In this document: piece after piece, positions 30,086 through 42,365 of the stretch
How the letters are laid out: every line of letters begins with the position of its first letter
Position numbering within the stretch: position 1 is the first letter of the stretch
Assembly (NCBI GenBank): GCA_000165425.1
Contig: CT868666.1
Span: 124,001-188,000, forward strand
Direction: 5' to 3'
Origin: Paramecium tetraurelia
Lineage: Eukaryota
DNA length: 64,000 nt
Program-made: the position numbers and the translations under genes
Notes under the pieces: generated by a model
The model's database searches: none
What the model was told of the DNA's origin: nothing
What the model saw: the letters and a program-made list of their open reading frames with translations, nothing else

Positions 30086-30938
30086 ATGATCACAGGAAAT
30101 TTGTTTGACTTTGTATGGGGAAGTGTTGAGTTGGCCCTGAATATTCTATTGTACTCCAGATTGAAATTGCCACAAAAAGTGATGTCTCACGGTCTATTAC
30201 GTATGTCACTCGTTCGTGAATGCAATTACAACTTTGGGGTTGATACTAAGGTACATTAGGATGTACATTAGTTCTTAGATTGTCAGATATGTTGTAGCCT
30301 CCTTACTCACTCCGAATATGGTTTCACACTTTCGTAAATCCAATAATTCTTATCACTTCATATATGGTTGCTTCATGTGCTTTGATGCCATGATTGTTGC
30401 CGATATACTTCCCATGACAGATACTATATATGCTATGATCCTCATTTTACGTTTGTTTCATCTTTTAGAAATCATACCCAAAGTTTACAAAGCCACCTTG
30501 TCGATAAAGATTCATGTGAAAAAGGCAGTAAAAGTTCAATTCAATTTGTTGAATTAACTCAATACAACAAATTCAAATATTATAATTTCTAAGAAATTAG
30601 AAGTATCTCCTCCAAATTCTTCACAAACCACAAATGCGAGTTCGCTCAATGAATTTGAGAGTACCCAAAAGAGTAAGAGGAGACCTCAATTTCCAAATGT
30701 CTATTAGATCAAAGTACAGACATCAAAAACAACGAAAATCAATATATTAATTGATGAACCTGATAAATTTGATCTACTATTTGATTAATAATTAAACATG
30801 GATAGAAGGATGAATCTATAAATCAAGCTGAATTTATGTGCTCAAGTGTATTAGAATTTGAAAAAACATTATCCCTGTGAATGGCTTCTTAGACAGATTG
30901 CTCAATATCAAGCCGAGTTATTACTATTAGATTAATGA
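30086..30938 (+). CDS. Hypothetical protein with hydrophobic N-terminal half
   Basis: MITGNLFDFVWGSVELAL... with one 28-nt intron (30251-30278), open to ...IAQYQAELLLLDQ*. Confidence 0.75.
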
Positions 30939-30968
30939 TTTTCTTTAACCCGTTTTTTATTTTAATTA

Positions 30969-32215
30969 ATGAAATTGCTCGTGTTGCTATGCATCGTGAC
31001 TCTCACATTTGCAGATTCAAGGATTGACTTTTTCAACAAGCTCAGTCAATCTGACTTTGGAAAAACAATCTTATAAACAATTCAAGTTCAAGAGTACGTA
31101 TTTATATTCAATCCTCAGAAACAATGTCGAACGTGTGCTATAGTTTATTAGACAATTGCAAGTGGACATTAATGCAGCCTAAACTGAACACACTAACTAC
31201 TTACAAAACAGAAATGGACAAATCACATAATACATTAATGAAGCTGATTAAGCTCTTGCTAAGGCTAAATAACAAAAAGCACAAGATGAGGCATAGCGTA
31301 ATCTTATTATTTCTAATATCTAATAGTTCCTTTGAAAGAGGAGGAACTTAATGATAAGAGAGCTCAAGGTGAAACCAAATTTGCTGAAAAATAACGAAAT
31401 TTAGATCGTATTGCTGCACTCACAGCTGAAAGAGAAGAGTCAAAGAAACGCCTATGATTAAAGAAGAACCGAAATCGTTGGTTTATTGGCTGCATTGAAT
31501 TAAGGCAAGAAACTTATCCAATAAATAAAAACTGGGTCTGTCTTCACTCAATAAGAAATCTTTGCAGATATCGAACATCATCACAAGAAATTCATTCAAA
31601 GATTCCCAGACAGAAGAGGCTTCAATTCCTTGGTTTCCTTGTCCCTTGCTATGGCTCAGGATTCCACCTTAAAATCTGATCAATCTGCACTAGAGAAGGT
31701 AGTCTAAGTCATTGAAGATTTGGCTGATAGTCTATTTTAACTGTACAAATTATATTCGACATCATTTTAGATAGAAACAAGAAATGGAAGCTGATGATGC
31801 CAGAGAAGCAGCATTTTAATAAGCCATGTACTCATTCATTTTTATTATTATAACAGTGCTCGACTTGAAATAGCTAATCAATCATTAGAAGGTGCTGTTG
31901 CCTACTTACATGCTCAGATCTTGAGATTAGAACAATCACTCTTGGAATTGTAAAATGACATTGCCACTCAAGCTTAAGTATATATTCTATTATATTTTGA
32001 TTAGATGGTCGTGAACAAACAAAATGAAAAAACTGACTGGTTGAATATTCAAAGAGATGAAACTAAATCCTATGGAAAGCAAACTGAAAACAGGTATGCC
32101 ATTTTTGTAATTTCGTAGAAAATCACAATTAGACTTACTTGGAGAAACTGAAAATGTATTTTCAAAAGGCCCCTTGACTCCTGAATAGCAATCGTTCTTA
32201 TAACATTTAAAGTGA
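30969..32215 (+). CDS. Trichocyst matrix protein (TMP/GRL-like) precursor carrying a +1 frameshift at about 31441-31450
   Basis: Signal peptide MKLLVLLCIVTLTFA, SDFGKTILQTIQVQ, acidic coiled coils around a basic His/Lys linker. Six introns (25, 29, 28, 29, 27, 25 nt) leave 1084 nt = 361 codons + 1. Confidence 0.8.
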
Positions 32216-32224
32216 TTAATATAA

Positions 32225-34075
32225 ATGAAAATTAATAACAATATTAACAACGATACGTAAAATTCCTAGGCATAAAAGAATTTTAATCAATTTATCAAAC
32301 AAGAGGCAGACGACTTCAAGAGACAGTTCAAATTTATCGATAAAGAGAAACTTTTCATGGAACTTCAAAATTACAAAATTGAAAACAACAATCTAAAAGA
32401 GGACAATACCAAGTTACGTACGCGCATCCAACAGACCGAGGTAAGCCAACCACATATGCTCAGAAAGAGCTCCTCAATTATGAGAGACTCTGCGAGAACA
32501 TGACCGAGTAGACACCCAACAAGAAGAAGGCCAATGAGTTACTACTTATACAACTCAAAAACTAGAACAAGGACCTCCAAAAGCAACTTAAAGAACGTAC
32601 TATCTAACTTGACCACCTTAAAAAAAATACCAAAGTCACCAAATTTCAAGAGCTAGAGTGTGATCGCAAAGCCTATTTTGATGAAACTGTACGTATGCGT
32701 AAACTCATAGAAGAGAGTTAAACATAATTCTAATCCATGTAAAGGTACATCTATCTATGTCTTAATTTGATAGTAAATACAATCAAAGTCTATAACTTGA
32801 AAATGAAGTTCAAAAACTACTCAAAACTAATGAAAATCTCATTGCTGAAAATAAAGCACTTAATTAAAAAAGCCAATAATCAGATGAAATGATGCGTTAG
32901 TTACAAGTATTTTGTCGATACATTTATTTAGCAATTGTACAAAGTGAACCAATAGAAACAGTAAACTTTGGACAAAAGTATCCAAGATCTAAAAAACCAG
33001 ATCAAAAAGCTATAGACAGACAAAACCAATCTTAAATAAACTATTAAATAGATGCAGGATGCATAATACTAAAATTTCCAATAAGCAAAACCAAAAAAGG
33101 AACCTACTCCTAGACAAACCTAATTGCCAAATTTAGTTTTGGAGGAATTGCGATTCAAATTGATATATAGAGGCATTACAGTTGAATAATTTGCTGAGAT
33201 GTTAGAAGGATTGAAACAATAGGCTCGAGAATAAAATGTGACTGTTAAAGTCGATGATTTAAGACATATCTTTGCTCAGTAAATAAATTAGATTCATAAT
33301 TAGAGAGCCATTTTCATATACAGATGAGAGCAAAGTACAATCCATATTAAATTCACTTAGTGGTCATGGCAATTAATTAGTTGAGAATTTGAAATCTTTG
33401 GTTGGAAATTTTAAGACTTTTATGAATTTTCCAACTTTTGATTTTGAACAGGCCCAAACAAAAATGAAGACTCAACTCAAATAAAATGAGAAAAAGATTT
33501 AAGATTTTTGGAACAAACAAAAAATAAAGGGTGATGTAGTTAGCAAATCAGATGTTCGAAAAATGTTAAACTCTCTTTCATTAAATTGGTAGGAACCTGA
33601 AAATCTATTCTATTTTCTATAACTATTCGAGAAATCAGGAGAAGATCTGTCCCATATTCCATTGATAGATACTTATGATCCGTTTACTTTGGAAGATCCA
33701 TCATAACAACAGTAAATGACAGGACATCAGAATATGAGAATTTCGGAAGAATCAGACGAGGAATTGTTTGATAAACAGAGCCAAGATTATTCACTTGATG
33801 AGAATGCAGCTAAGAAAAGGAAGGAATAAGATTAAAATTAAGGTGCAGGATTACAAGAAGATGATCAAGAAAGGCAGAAACAAAATGAGGATGAATCGTT
33901 TGGATAAGAAGGAAATGATGTTGGGAAAAATGAACAGGATGAATATGAATATGATCATTAAGAGGAAGAATAGGAGGGACACTAAGAGAATGAATATGAA
34001 GATTAAAATCAAGAAAATGAAAATAATAAACATGAAGAATAATAAAATGAATATGAAAATGAAGAATTTGATTGA
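32225..34075 (+). CDS. Coiled-coil protein with an IQCE-like N-terminus and acidic tail
   Basis: DKEKLFMELQNYKIENNNLKEDNTKLRTRIQQTEKE...LKKNTKVTKFQELECDRKAYFDETVRM. Several introns; E/D/Q/N-rich C-terminus ending EEFD*. Confidence 0.75.
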
Positions 34076-34097
34076 TTTATTTTAAAATAATAAAGAG

Positions 34098-34217
34098 TAC
34101 GCATTTATATTTAATTACGCATTCTCAATTAATTCAATTATTATTATAATTAATGAAGTGCGCACTTCATATTAATAAATACGCATTCGTTAATAATTTG
34201 TAAAATTTATGCGCACT
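34098..34217. promoter_or_regulatory. Cluster of T(A/G)CGCA(T/C)T motifs with an 18-bp palindrome upstream of INO1
   Basis: TACGCATT at 34098, 34116 and 34180; TGCGCACT inside the palindrome ATGAAGTGCGCACTTCAT (34153-34170) and at 34210. All lie in an otherwise nearly pure AT intergenic gap. The motifs are directly visible; a regulatory role is inferred. Confidence 0.6.
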
Positions 34218-34271
34218 CCAATGTTTACAAATACTAATTTATATATATTTGGTTAATAATTAATTCAATCC

Positions 34272-35808
34272 ATGAAAGTTCAATCAACCACAACATAATA
34301 AGATGATCACTTCTTAATCGCAGACTACGATTACAAGTCAACCAACATAGAAAAGAATGGAGACAAGTACATCGCAAAACCATAAATCACAAATTTCAAA
34401 TTCAAGACAGACACTAGAATTCCAAAAGTAGGTGTTATGCTTGTAGGATGGGGTGGTAACAATGGAACAACTCTTACTGGAGGTATCTTGGCCAACAAAT
34501 TCAATATTACTTGGAATAGCAGAAGAGGAACTCATTAACCAAATTTCTATGGATCTCTTACTTAAAGCAGTGTCATTAAGATTGGTACATGCAATACTGA
34601 AGAAGTATTTGTTCCATTCAAAGATGTATTACCAATGGTCAATCCATGTGATATTGTATTTGGTGGATGGGATATCAGTTCATTGAATTTAGCTGATGCT
34701 ATGGGCAGAGCATAAGTTGTTGATTATGATTTGCAATAAAAATTGAGACCATATTTAGAGAAATTGGTTCCATTACCTTCAATCTATTATCCAGATTTCA
34801 TAGCAGCTAACTAAGGTGATAGAGCAGACAATGTCATTCCAGGAAATAATAAATTAGAACATCTTAACACCATTAGAAAGAACATTGCAGATTTCAAATA
34901 ATAAAATAATTTGGATAAAGTAATCCTCTTATGGACAGCAAATACAGAGAGATTCTGTGTTGAAGACCCAAATGTTCATGGAACAGCCGAGAAATTAATG
35001 AAATCCATAGAATCAAGTCATCCAGAAAATTAGTGCATCAACAATTTTTGCATGTGCTGCTTGTTTAGAAGGATGCTCATTCATTAATGGATCACCATAA
35101 AATACTATTGTTCCCGGAGTCATTGAATTAGCAGAAAAAGCTGGTGTCTTTGTTGCTGGAGATGATTTCAAGACTGGATAAACTAAATTTAAGACTTGTT
35201 TAGTTGAATATTTGGTTGGTGCTGGTATTAAACCAAAAGCCATCATCTCATATAACCATTTAGGAAACAATGATGGAAAGAACCTTTCATAAGAATCATG
35301 CTTCAAAAGCAAGGAAAGAAGTAAGAAGACTTGTGTTGATGATATTTTGGAATCCAATAAGGTTTTGTATCCCACAGAGGAGGAATTGAACATTGATCAC
35401 ACTATTGTTATCAAGTATTGTCCAGAAACTGGAGATAGCAAGAAGGCTATGGATGAATACATAGCTGAAATCTTCTTGGGAGGAAGATAAACCTTTGCAG
35501 TTTACAATGTCTGTGAAGATTCCTTATTGGCTGCTCCATTGATTATGGATCTCTTATTGTTATGCGAGTTATTCGAAAGAATCCAATTCTCAAAGGATTC
35601 CTCTGAATTCCAAAGATTTGATACAGTGTTGTCTTGGTTGAGTTACTTGATGAAGGCACCAAAATCAGAGAGTGGAATCACCACCATCAATGCTCTATCA
35701 AGATAGAGAGCTATGCTTGAAAATCTAGTTAAAGTATGCGCAGGATTGACAGTTGACGATAATCTTAGATTGGAAGTTAGATATGGTGCTAGTAGATTTT
35801 AATAATGA
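34272..35808 (+). CDS. INO1: myo-inositol-1-phosphate synthase carrying a +1 frameshift at about 35026-35030
   Basis: [61 protein letters not shown]. Intronless, 1537 nt = 512 codons + 1. Confidence 0.95.
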
Positions 35809-35936
35809 TTTTTAACTACATATTTTGTTTATATCAATTAATAGAATATAATAATACTTATCATACATCAAATTAAGATTAATGTTTATCAATTTAACAT
35901 TAATTTATAATAACGCATTTATTAATTTCTTTTAAA

Positions 35937-36366
35937 ATGAAAATGCTAGATGATATTAAGTAGTAGGTAGAGAAGGAAATGAAAAAATTTGATCCAAGAT
36001 TGGCAGGAAAGAAATATTTGAAAATAACTCAATCCATTAAGGATTCATTTCTCAAGACAGTTGTGTGTGATAAATAAAGCATTAAAGCTGTATTAAAAAA
36101 TTTGAAATAAGGCTGCCAATTCTATAGGTATCAATTATTCTTCAGCCAAAGCCATATGGGCTGAATTCAGATCCAAATCAAAAATTAAGAAAAACAAAAA
36201 AACTAATGAGCAACAAAAAACTGAATCCTCTGAAGTTATGAAAAGATGTCAATACAAAATTCTTAATGGTTGCAATAAGATTAAGAAATTATTCCTGGAA
36301 ATCAAGTCGTCTGTTGCAGAGCGTTTAAGTTCTACCTACTTGATTTCCTTGGAGTAGCATATATGA
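35937..36366 (+). CDS. Small helix-turn-helix (homeodomain-like) protein
   Basis: After a 22-nt intron: KYLKITQSIKDSFLKTVVCDKQSIKAAANSIGINYSSAKAIWAEFRSK, matching the HTH pattern SIKxAAxxxGINYSxAKxI. Confidence 0.7.
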
Positions 36367-36381
36367 ATATTATTTAATTAA

Positions 36382-36900
36382 ATGAGTGGAGGCCCACGAG
36401 TTAACTAGTATTTCCAAAGCAATAAACGCAGAGAAGACAGTGCTCTTAAAGCTGTAAGATTAGAAACTAATATTCGAACTCCAAAAATGAGGATGCAAAA
36501 CTCAGCTGATGATTAATTTAATATACACAACTTATAGAACGTCCCTCTTTAATTAAGGTATAGTCCTTCCTTAAGAATGAAAAACCATAGAAATTCACTC
36601 AAGCCTAATGAAAACCCAAAATACCCCGAAACTTACACTAAAACAACAAGAAAAGCAATGTTAGATTCGTTCTACCATTAACTTGGAACTGATGAAGACA
36701 TTACACCTATCAAAAACGCAAAATAACGAAGACTTCAGCCAATCATTTTAACACCCTAATCTCAAACCACTAATTTTGTAAAATAGAACATATTGGTAGA
36801 AGATGAAAATATAGAGGAAGTTCATTTTCACTTTGTAAATATGCAACATTAATATAAATCTTGGATATAGAAGTTGGAAAAGAAGAATTACAGCAAATGA
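36382..36900 (+). CDS. Hypothetical protein (172 aa)
   Basis: Open 519-nt frame, MSGGPRVNQYF...DENIEEVHFHFVNMQHQYKSWIQKLEKKNYSK*. Confidence 0.75.
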
Positions 36901-36972
36901 TCCTATAAATCCTCTTGTTTTGTACTCTTACTTAATTTAATTTTATATTTATATAATATAAATTTGGAAGCA

Positions 36973-37640
36973 ATGAAATTATCAAACAGATCTTCATCAT
37001 TAACTATTTCATAAAGTGATATCTACTCTAGATTCCTTGATATGCATGAAGAATTGACCAAATCTTCATAAAACATTAACAATCTCATAGATCATAGTCT
37101 TAAACAATTAGCAAGCACAAGAGAAGCGTCCAGAATTAGTTTATCTGCCAATTCTCAAAATCAATAAGAACTCAATTCTTTTGAAGAAATGGCAATAGAA
37201 GAAGATTTGGACTCAGAAACATAGCCTTAAAAAAATGAAAGAGAACTAGTTTTAGAAAATAAAATTAAGATCTATGAATCTTCACTTATTAAATTTGAAC
37301 AAGAAAACTTGTAAAAAGATCGAGAAATTCTTAGACTCAAGAAATTGTAAGAAATCCTATTATTAACAATAGATTGAATGATTAAAATCTATAAATAACT
37401 ATGTAGAATCCAGACGAAATTTATTAAGAATAAAGTGTTATTAGATAGAAACTATAAGTTCTTGATGGCTAATTAGATTATCTGTAAGAAAAAAAGGAAA
37501 TTCGCAAGAGAATGAAAGAATGGGAAATCATTCTCAAAGAACAATCAGAAATTATAAAATCGCAGAAACTAGAAATTAGTCGATTAAAACACATAAATTC
37601 ATACTTACACAAATCTATTGAAAAATTATAAACATTGTGA
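36973..37640 (+). CDS. Coiled-coil hypothetical protein
   Basis: MKLSNRSSSLTISQSDIYSRFLDMHEEL... followed by a heptad region, one short intron, TGA at 37638-37640. Confidence 0.7.
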
Positions 37641-37667
37641 TAATATTATTATGTATATAAACTGAAT

Positions 37668-39112
37668 TCATATTCTACATACATAGGAACTGCTCTATGT
37701 TATATACCTTACCCATCTATGTGGATTAGTAGTATTGCCTCGTTCTTCTATTCTCAAGTATTTGATTTGCAATCTGCTCACATTAAACATTGGTATTTCA
37801 AAATTCATAGCAATAGGACCAATCTCCTTTCTTGCTGTATGAGCAGTCTGAGTTGCTTATAGAGTTAGTTTTATCTAAAATAGAACAGAATAGATATACT
37901 TTTAGTGATCTCTCTTAACCACCACACAGTTTCTTGATCTACCATTCCACAATCTTTTTATTTGAATCATACTCAGCAGTCTCCAATTAAGCATTCTTCA
38001 CTAATTCTGGATATGCATTTGCAGTTTATTTAGGAATTGGAATACGAACATTTGCATATGATGCGATGATTTTGGCATCAAAGCATGCTTTCAATTTTAT
38101 AGTGACTTCTATTTTAGATGATGAGACCTCTTCAATAATGGGAAACAGTCTAAAAGGAGCAGCATAATCTCCACTTATACGATAATTCATAACAACGAAT
38201 TAACCATCAGGTGGTTGTATACGTAAGGTTTTATTCATGTCTAATTCATTAGCATTAACACATTCATGAAAATTGCAATCATCCTTTATGTTATTAATTA
38301 TTATCATACCAAAATGACTCCTGCTGAATACTGTCCTTATTGTCTACCTATTTGCAGATCATCATTCAATGCTAATTTAAGAGGTGGATTGCCTTATAAA
38401 AATGATGTCATTTGAATCTAATATAATATTGAATAGATTACACATCCTTCAATACTCTAATTGATAACATAAGCACTAGAGTTAAATAGAACATTGAGTT
38501 TTTCATAAATATCAACAAAAATTTCATTTGCTTAATTTTTGTTTAATACCGATCGCTAAACTGCTTGACTTCCAATAGTGTTTGGAACAAAAATGTTGAA
38601 TGTTTGAATTTTTGGTCTCAGGGAATTCATGACTGAATCAGGTTAAGGCTGAATTGGGTCATTCACAATGAGTGGTTTGATTTATTCTGTAGCCATGAGT
38701 TGAGGGTAGCCAAAATCAAATGATTCATCTAGAATCTATGAAAAATAGAATATTGCTGACTTCATAGATTAGGATGAAATTCTTTCTAAGGACTTCCTCA
38801 TTGATGACTCCACAGAAGTCTTTGATCTCTTTGGCTAATCGATCCAATAATTCTAAGGACATAGCTGGTTGCAAGTTGAATCTGGACGTGCCTACAATAT
38901 ATAATCCTGTTATTAAGCATGAGAATAGAACCTCCTCTTTTGATGTGAACAAATTAGATGCAATCAACTGTAAATAGAGGATTGGCATCTCCTGAGTAGG
39001 TCTTGGCTTATCTGAAGAATGTTTCAGGTGTTGATTTGGGTAAGTCAGATCTGAAATCTCGATTGATGATGGTGTCACCTCTTGGAGATAGAATGAATAT
39101 TTATGAAAACAT
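37668..39112 (-). CDS. AP4M1: AP-4 adaptor complex mu subunit
   Basis: MFSQIFILSPRGDTIINRDFR, KDFCGVINEEVLRKNFILIYE, DFGYPQ, NEIFVDIYE, FHECV, PPDGQFVVMNYR, EIGPIAMNFEIPMFNVSRLQIKYL...PHRWVRYITQSSSYVCRI*. Confidence 0.9.
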
Positions 39113-39146
39113 TATTATATATATATATATTTTTATTTATAATGCA

Positions 39147-40018
39147 TCAAGCTCTTGCAAGGAACTCTTATACATTATGGACTTCGTTGATCTTCTTTAA
39201 GGCATTCTTAAATGCACTTCTGTCAACCAATCTGTCATCAAACACATATTTGATTCTCTTTTCTCTGCAAAGAATAGGAAGCCATAAGTTTGTGTATCCG
39301 AAGAGTACTCCTTCTAAAACAAAGCGTTTCAATTGTGAGTCTTAGGCAGTCAACACAGCCCATGTATTGCTCAATTTGAATGAGGTTTTGACTTGATCCA
39401 AATAATCGAATTACACAGTCGCCCAACCATGATAATCAATTGGTTATAATTCCCATACAAATTCCTTATTCTTGATGCCAGCAAAAAATTGGGACCAAAA
39501 TCCAGCATCTTTATGGTCTTACAAACTAACTACTACATCGACAATGTTCTAAGTGGATAAATACTTAGCATTTTTTTATAGGTTTGACAATAAGATGTCT
39601 TTATTCACATCCTTTAATAAGGCATTATTTGAAAGCACAAACAATAATTGGGCACTTGTTTCCACTTCTTATCCCCAGTTGTTATTTTGAATAAAAGCAA
39701 TTGCCTCTCTAGCACATTGAGCTGAAAATTGATAATTCAATTATGCTTCATCCTTCAAAGCATCCACTGCATTAAATTGTTAAGCTTCATAAGTCAAAGC
39801 ACTTGCTATCTAAGCCAATGAGAATGCTGTTAATTCATGTCCTAATTTCATATATTCTTTCTGATACCTTATGGTAATCCAGTATATCGATAAGAGGGAT
39901 TATAAAATAGGTTTGCAGAATTAAAGGTCCATCTAGCTGGGTTTATTATTAGTTTGTTAGCACTTGCAAATACTGAGGCACTCACAAACTTAGAATAATT
40001 TTTAAATAATCCTGACAT
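39147..40018 (-). CDS. Probable mitochondrial protein (lineage-specific)
   Basis: Acid-free presequence-like N-terminus MSGLFKNYSKFVSASVFASANKLIINPARWTF, one 26-nt intron, about 281 aa ending VQEFLARA*. Confidence 0.7.
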
Positions 40019-40137
40019 TTATATTTATTAAATTCGATATCGTGTATTTTTCATAAAAACAAGAAGCATCTAATTGGGATACTATTGATTAGCCAATTTA
40101 ATAGGTCTGTTTCTGTATAATTTAAGAAATAAATGAA

Positions 40138-41901
40138 TCATTAATCATCCATTCCATCAAATAGATCTTCTTCTTCATCTGAATCTTAAACAGGTACCAT
40201 CCCCAGTTTCTAAGTTGGCTTTTGCTGCATTTACACATTTTTCATTGCATCTTACATCTTCATATCTTTAATTGCCTTATCTTTATTAGGTAATTATTGC
40301 TATTGTTAGTATCTAGCCATATTAGGATCATCATCTTCATACAATTCCTTACCTTCAAACCACTTCTTTTTGAATGCGTTAATGTCTTTATCCTATTATT
40401 TTTCAATAATTTCAGCCAAAGGATCTAATTATACTTCGATTAATTGCTATACCTGTTGCAAATTCAGCATTTCTATTTACCTTAAATGGGTCTACATCAT
40501 AGGGCGAAACATAAAATTTAACATTCTTGTACACATCCTAATAGTATTCATGATATTATTGAAGAGTAATCAACTTTGCCTTTGTATAAAATACATCAAC
40601 TATTTAATCCCAAGTCTTGCAAGCCAGGATATCTTTTCTTATACAAAAGCACATAATTCCCATATTAATAAATATTTCCAATTTATTCTTGACTACCTTC
40701 ATAATCATTTAATCAATATTAAACAATGTTACATCTAAAGGTAAAAATGCAAACCCTAGAGAGTGTACAAATCTCTTTATTATTATGACTAACATTTATC
40801 TTTAAGTTGGACTCTTTAAGTTAAGAACACCCTGAAATTTTAAGGCTAATTCTTCATCTAAAACATTAACACTATTCATAAATAAATCAGTCATTTCTGA
40901 TTCATACTTTTCATCATGTCTCACAATCAAATCGACCAATGGATCAAAGAATTGAACTATCAATTATAATGAGTAAAAGTATCCAATCAATTCGGTTGGT
41001 ATTTTAAGTAGATGTTTACTTGATCCAAAAACATAGACAAGTGGAATACAGATCAAGTATAAATAATCAGTAAGAATTCTATCTTATTTTAATTCGTAGT
41101 AACTCAGAATGGTTTTCATTGCAAAAATCATATTGCCATCGAATTGATCAGGCTTAGTCATTTGTTTAACTATTTGCTCTGTGTCCTTTATGATTTAAAC
41201 ATCAAATCTTGACATTGTTAACATTCTTGCCTTTCCCAATAGACGACTATAATCATCGCTTATTTATTTATTTTCTAAACAAAATTTCCACACTAGCTAT
41301 CTTACATCAGGTGGCAACAGTTTCTTTTAAAATAAATCAAAAATGTCTTTATTTCCCTTATTTTTATTTAGCAATAGTTGAAGTAAGTTCAATGTCAACC
41401 CCCATTTAGATTCTCTCTTTTTATATTATATTATTATATACTGTATTTCTCCTCATATCTTCTAATTTATATGTAATAATCTTTCGAACTTTATCCTTTA
41501 ACTCTATTGCCTCTTCTTAGTGATCATAAATTCGTGAAATCTCTTTAATAAGTATCGATATATTACATCTCTATAAATTTATATTTTCTTTTCATTTGGC
41601 AAATTATTCAGATAATCATTTCTAATATATTAGATCAAAAGTGTTACTCCATAGTTAAACAAAATTTGGATGTTGACAATTTGTACTTCTGAATTATGGA
41701 TTTATATTCATGAGTTTGTTTGACACTTGAGTCTACTTCATCCAGAAATTTCAGCATAACATCCAAATCAAATTTTGTAGGATTTGGTAATTCCTTTTGA
41801 TCCTACTGATATTTGCTCTCAAATTCATAAGGCTATTATGCTTAAAAGTTGCTTTGGTTTAATCGTTCCACTGCACTTTTTGCTAATGATTAATTATTCA
41901 T
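40138..41901 (-). CDS. Hypothetical helical protein
   Basis: ATG at 41901 (MNNQSLAKSAVERLNQ...), several short introns, acidic end ...QDSDEEEDLFDGMDDQ*. Confidence 0.65.
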
Positions 41902-42365
41902 TTAATATATTATTGATAGGTGCAATGAGAATTTTTTATTATGTAATAAACTAAATTGTAATCATAAGTTCTACATCGAAACAATTTACATTTTTAATCA
42001 TTAAAAAATGAAATCTGACTAAGATTTACAATTAGTCTAATTCCATATTATAAACAAGAACTAAAAATTCAGAATTAGATTTAAACAATAAAATGCCCAA
42101 TCAATTAAAAGAAAGTACTGATTTATAATCTGTAAGTTAAACATAAATTGTAATCTACTAAAACAAATATTGTTTAGGATTATTAAATCTTGAAATAGAA
42201 TAATATTATTTCATTTTTGGAATAAGATATTTACATTTAATTCTAGTATGTACACATGTTTAAAAAGGTAGTAAAAATAGCAATAGGAAATAGATTTTAT
42301 AAAAAGTGATTAAGAGAGAAATAGAAATTTAACGTAATATAAATAAATTTATATAAGTAAAATAA

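Noticed and set aside
33768..34085. Supplied Met/Lys/Asn-rich (+) and Ile/Phe-rich (-) ORFs
   Set aside because: They are shadow frames of the acidic GAA/GAT-rich tail of the 32225-34075 gene.
31436..35035. Programmed +1 frameshifting as a shared mechanism for TMP and INO1
   Set aside because: The two sites share no slippery motif, TAA/TAG are sense codons here, and the error-like indel patch at 44.5 kb makes assembly error more parsimonious.
35013..35393. 126-aa minus-strand ORF
   Set aside because: It is the antisense shadow of INO1.
35912..35919. AACGCATT upstream of the HTH gene as a sixth copy of the INO1 motif
   Set aside because: It is a single mismatched copy, and the same word occurs several times in coding DNA elsewhere in the window.
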